From Pecten maximus (Eukaryota), in NCBI RefSeq assembly GCF_902652985.1, contig NC_047019.1:12648001-12712000 (forward strand): 64,000 bases of DNA, read 5' to 3'. This document shows positions 62,001-64,000 of this stretch, one piece after another. The number at the start of each line of letters is the position of its first letter. Within the stretch, counting starts at the first letter, position 1. Under the pieces are notes generated by a model. It was not told where the DNA came from. It saw nothing but the letters and a program-made list of their open reading frames with translations, and searched no databases. A program made the position numbers and the translations under genes.

Positions 62001-64000
62001 CCGAAAGATAGAAACCAGAATGTCTCGGTTATATGAGTGGAACTGGTCAACAGATGATCTTAAAAGGAATATAATACCTATGAAAGGGTGGGAACACATG
62101 TCGATGGAAACATGAGAAGTACATTAAGGTCCTTGAAAATAATTTAAGGAATGTGATTGTGAAATATGTCAGTGACAAACCTTACCCGTTCCAGGAAGAT
62201 AATGCTCCCTGTCACAAGTCGCGATTGTGTGTGACCCGGAAGACTGATAACGGTCTACCTGTGTTACAATGGCCAGCTCAGAGTCTTGACTTAAGTCAAA
62301 TCGAAAATAATTGGTTTCTCATGAAGAACGCTTTAATACTGAGGCAAGTGATCATCCGAAAGGGCAGTATATCAAAGCACTAGGGACCTCCGATATTTCC
62401 GACAGAAATGATTTAGTTCTTTGTGTTATAGACAACTTATCTCTTTAATTGTTTTACAAAAGTGTGATTTGTCAAACTTTTTTTTTTTTGTAGTTTTTTT
62501 ATATTTTTTTTTTAATTTGGAATAAAAACTGTTATTGCGCAGTGATAAATTTGATGAGGCGGAATTTAAAATAATTTCAGAAGAAAATCTCCTCTGAAAT
62601 TGTAAACGAAAGTCACCCGGTCAGTAGGTGACAAATTCAGATTCCATGTCTAATCGCTCAGATCAGTGTCGCTTGGAGGTCAACTGTGAACTACCGCGGA
62701 GTGAACTGGTTTTATCAACACTCTCATTCACACTTTCACGCTTTCTTAAATATTCAAAACCTAATTTACATATACCGCACCAACAACACTAAATACGGAT
62801 AAATAAAAACGACCAACAGACCTTGCGGTGCACAATACGGATAGGACACAACACTAAACTATAAATAATAAAAAGGTAGTTTTCACATCACGATAAACAA
62901 ATAACAAGATACTTATAAACAATATATATATTCAAATTATATTGTAAATAGCTTAATACATTTACCAAATTAGGAAAGCTTATTTTATTGATACCGAATG
63001 TGCCTGGCGGCTATATTAGGCTATCTCTAGTTTCCCAGCTACAATCAAGTGTGGAAACATATCCGCAAATTAAACTTTTTAGAACCCCGGTCTTTGGCTC
63101 GTGTTAACAACACCATCCGTATCGAAGTGGATCTACATCTATCTATATTCTTACACTGACCGAATCACTACGAATTGTAGTATACGTCTCATATATATAC
63201 AATTGGGTTTACAATCAAATGCAACACAGAGAGTAGATATATTGCATATGAAGGGGTTTTAAACAAAATCTTTCGTTCGTTTCACTAACAGGTTTACTAG
63301 AACGCCTTAACAACAGTGAACATGTTCTTGTCGCGGAAGGATACATGCTGGAAACCGAACGAAGAGGTTACCTAAAGTTCGGCTCATTTGCACCCGAAGT
63401 GGTTTTAGATAATCCAGACATGGTTCGAAGCATGCATCGGGAGTTTGTTCACGCCGGTTCTGATGTAGTGGAAGCTTTCACGGTAATATAAGCTTAACTA
63501 ATAGTCCCTCGTTGTTGACAGAAAGCTTTTTTTTTTACAAACATAGTTTAATCACACACAAATACTTCCCAATGTTTTCATACAGTAATTAAACGACAAT
63601 ACTACACAGATTACGCTCATTTTCGTTCTCTCTAATCCTGTTGTATTTCATCGAAGCAACTATCTAAATGGTCTACATGAAAACTGCACAAGTTGCTACG
63701 TTGATAACTAAATTCAAAGCTTGTCAATACGTGCATCAAATCCATAAGATGGCGGTGACTCAGCCTTCTGTTTTGTTACCACATATCGCAGCGATGCAGA
63801 AAGCGAAATTAAACGTAAATCTGGAGTATCCAGGATGAAAATAATCATATACATATACTTATACAAAAACAAATATTTTCCTCGTGTGTTTGACGCACGT
63901 GTGACGTTGTTTGGTCACATAATTTTTGTGTTGTTTAGTATTACGGACACAGGGAGAGACTAAAGCTGATTGGACGAGAGGACAACCTCGAGAAACTCAA
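59057..64000 (+). CDS. BHMT: Divergent BHMT-like copy 7 (5' part; runs off the right edge)
   Basis: Putative exon 1 59057-59069 (MPSK-G|gtaaag). Exon 2 63292-63482 ([64 protein letters not shown], 191 nt). Exon 3 from 63939 ([20 protein letters not shown]). Confidence 0.85.
59160..59610. repeat. Degenerate ~40-bp tandem repeat containing CACGTG palindromes
   Basis: Units like ttaaccttgaacttattattcaccacacgtgtgtcgt in intron 1 of copy 7. Confidence 0.7.
61261..61419. repeat. Near-perfect long palindrome (~75-bp arms)
   Basis: taaggattgaatctagatttggtcga...gaactgc ttc gcagttc...tcgaccaaatcaagattcaatcctta. Confidence 0.9.
61500..62340 (+). mobile_element. Decayed Tc1-like transposase
   Basis: HTH-like [13 protein letters not shown] near 61585 and DD34E-region [11 protein letters not shown]...[20 protein letters not shown] at 62190-62315, with multiple frameshifts and stops. 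Confidence 0.85.

Overview
AT-rich, intron-containing eukaryotic (animal) DNA. The repeat inventory looks bivalve-like, which is an inference. The window is dominated by a head-to-tail (+ strand) tandem array of 7-exon homocysteine S-methyltransferase (BHMT-like, Zn-dependent TIM-barrel) genes, each starting with a 13-nt coding micro-exon (ATG-x-x-AAA-G|gt). Copies 1 (2658-8852), 2 (10496-19257) and 4 (35520-43792) look intact (347 aa). Copy 3 (21558-26570) lacks its last exon, copy 5 (48402-48918) is a 3' remnant, and copy 6 (51199-57503) is frameshifted. A clearly more divergent copy 7 starts at 59057 and runs off the right edge, and an orphan first exon lies at 33444. The proteins resemble the bacterial-type BhmT clade more than vertebrate BHMT and vary mainly at predicted active-site loops. 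The array was built by segmental duplication, unequal exchange and apparent gene conversion. Mobile DNA includes a Polinton/Maverick remnant at the left edge and a complete 352-bp TRIM whose LTRs each contain a tRNA-like Pol III module (Helenus/Cassandra-like, 4-bp TSD). There are also tRNA-SINEs, a HINE-type element, Tc1, CR1-like and Penelope remnants, long palindromes, several minisatellites and one 142-N assembly gap.
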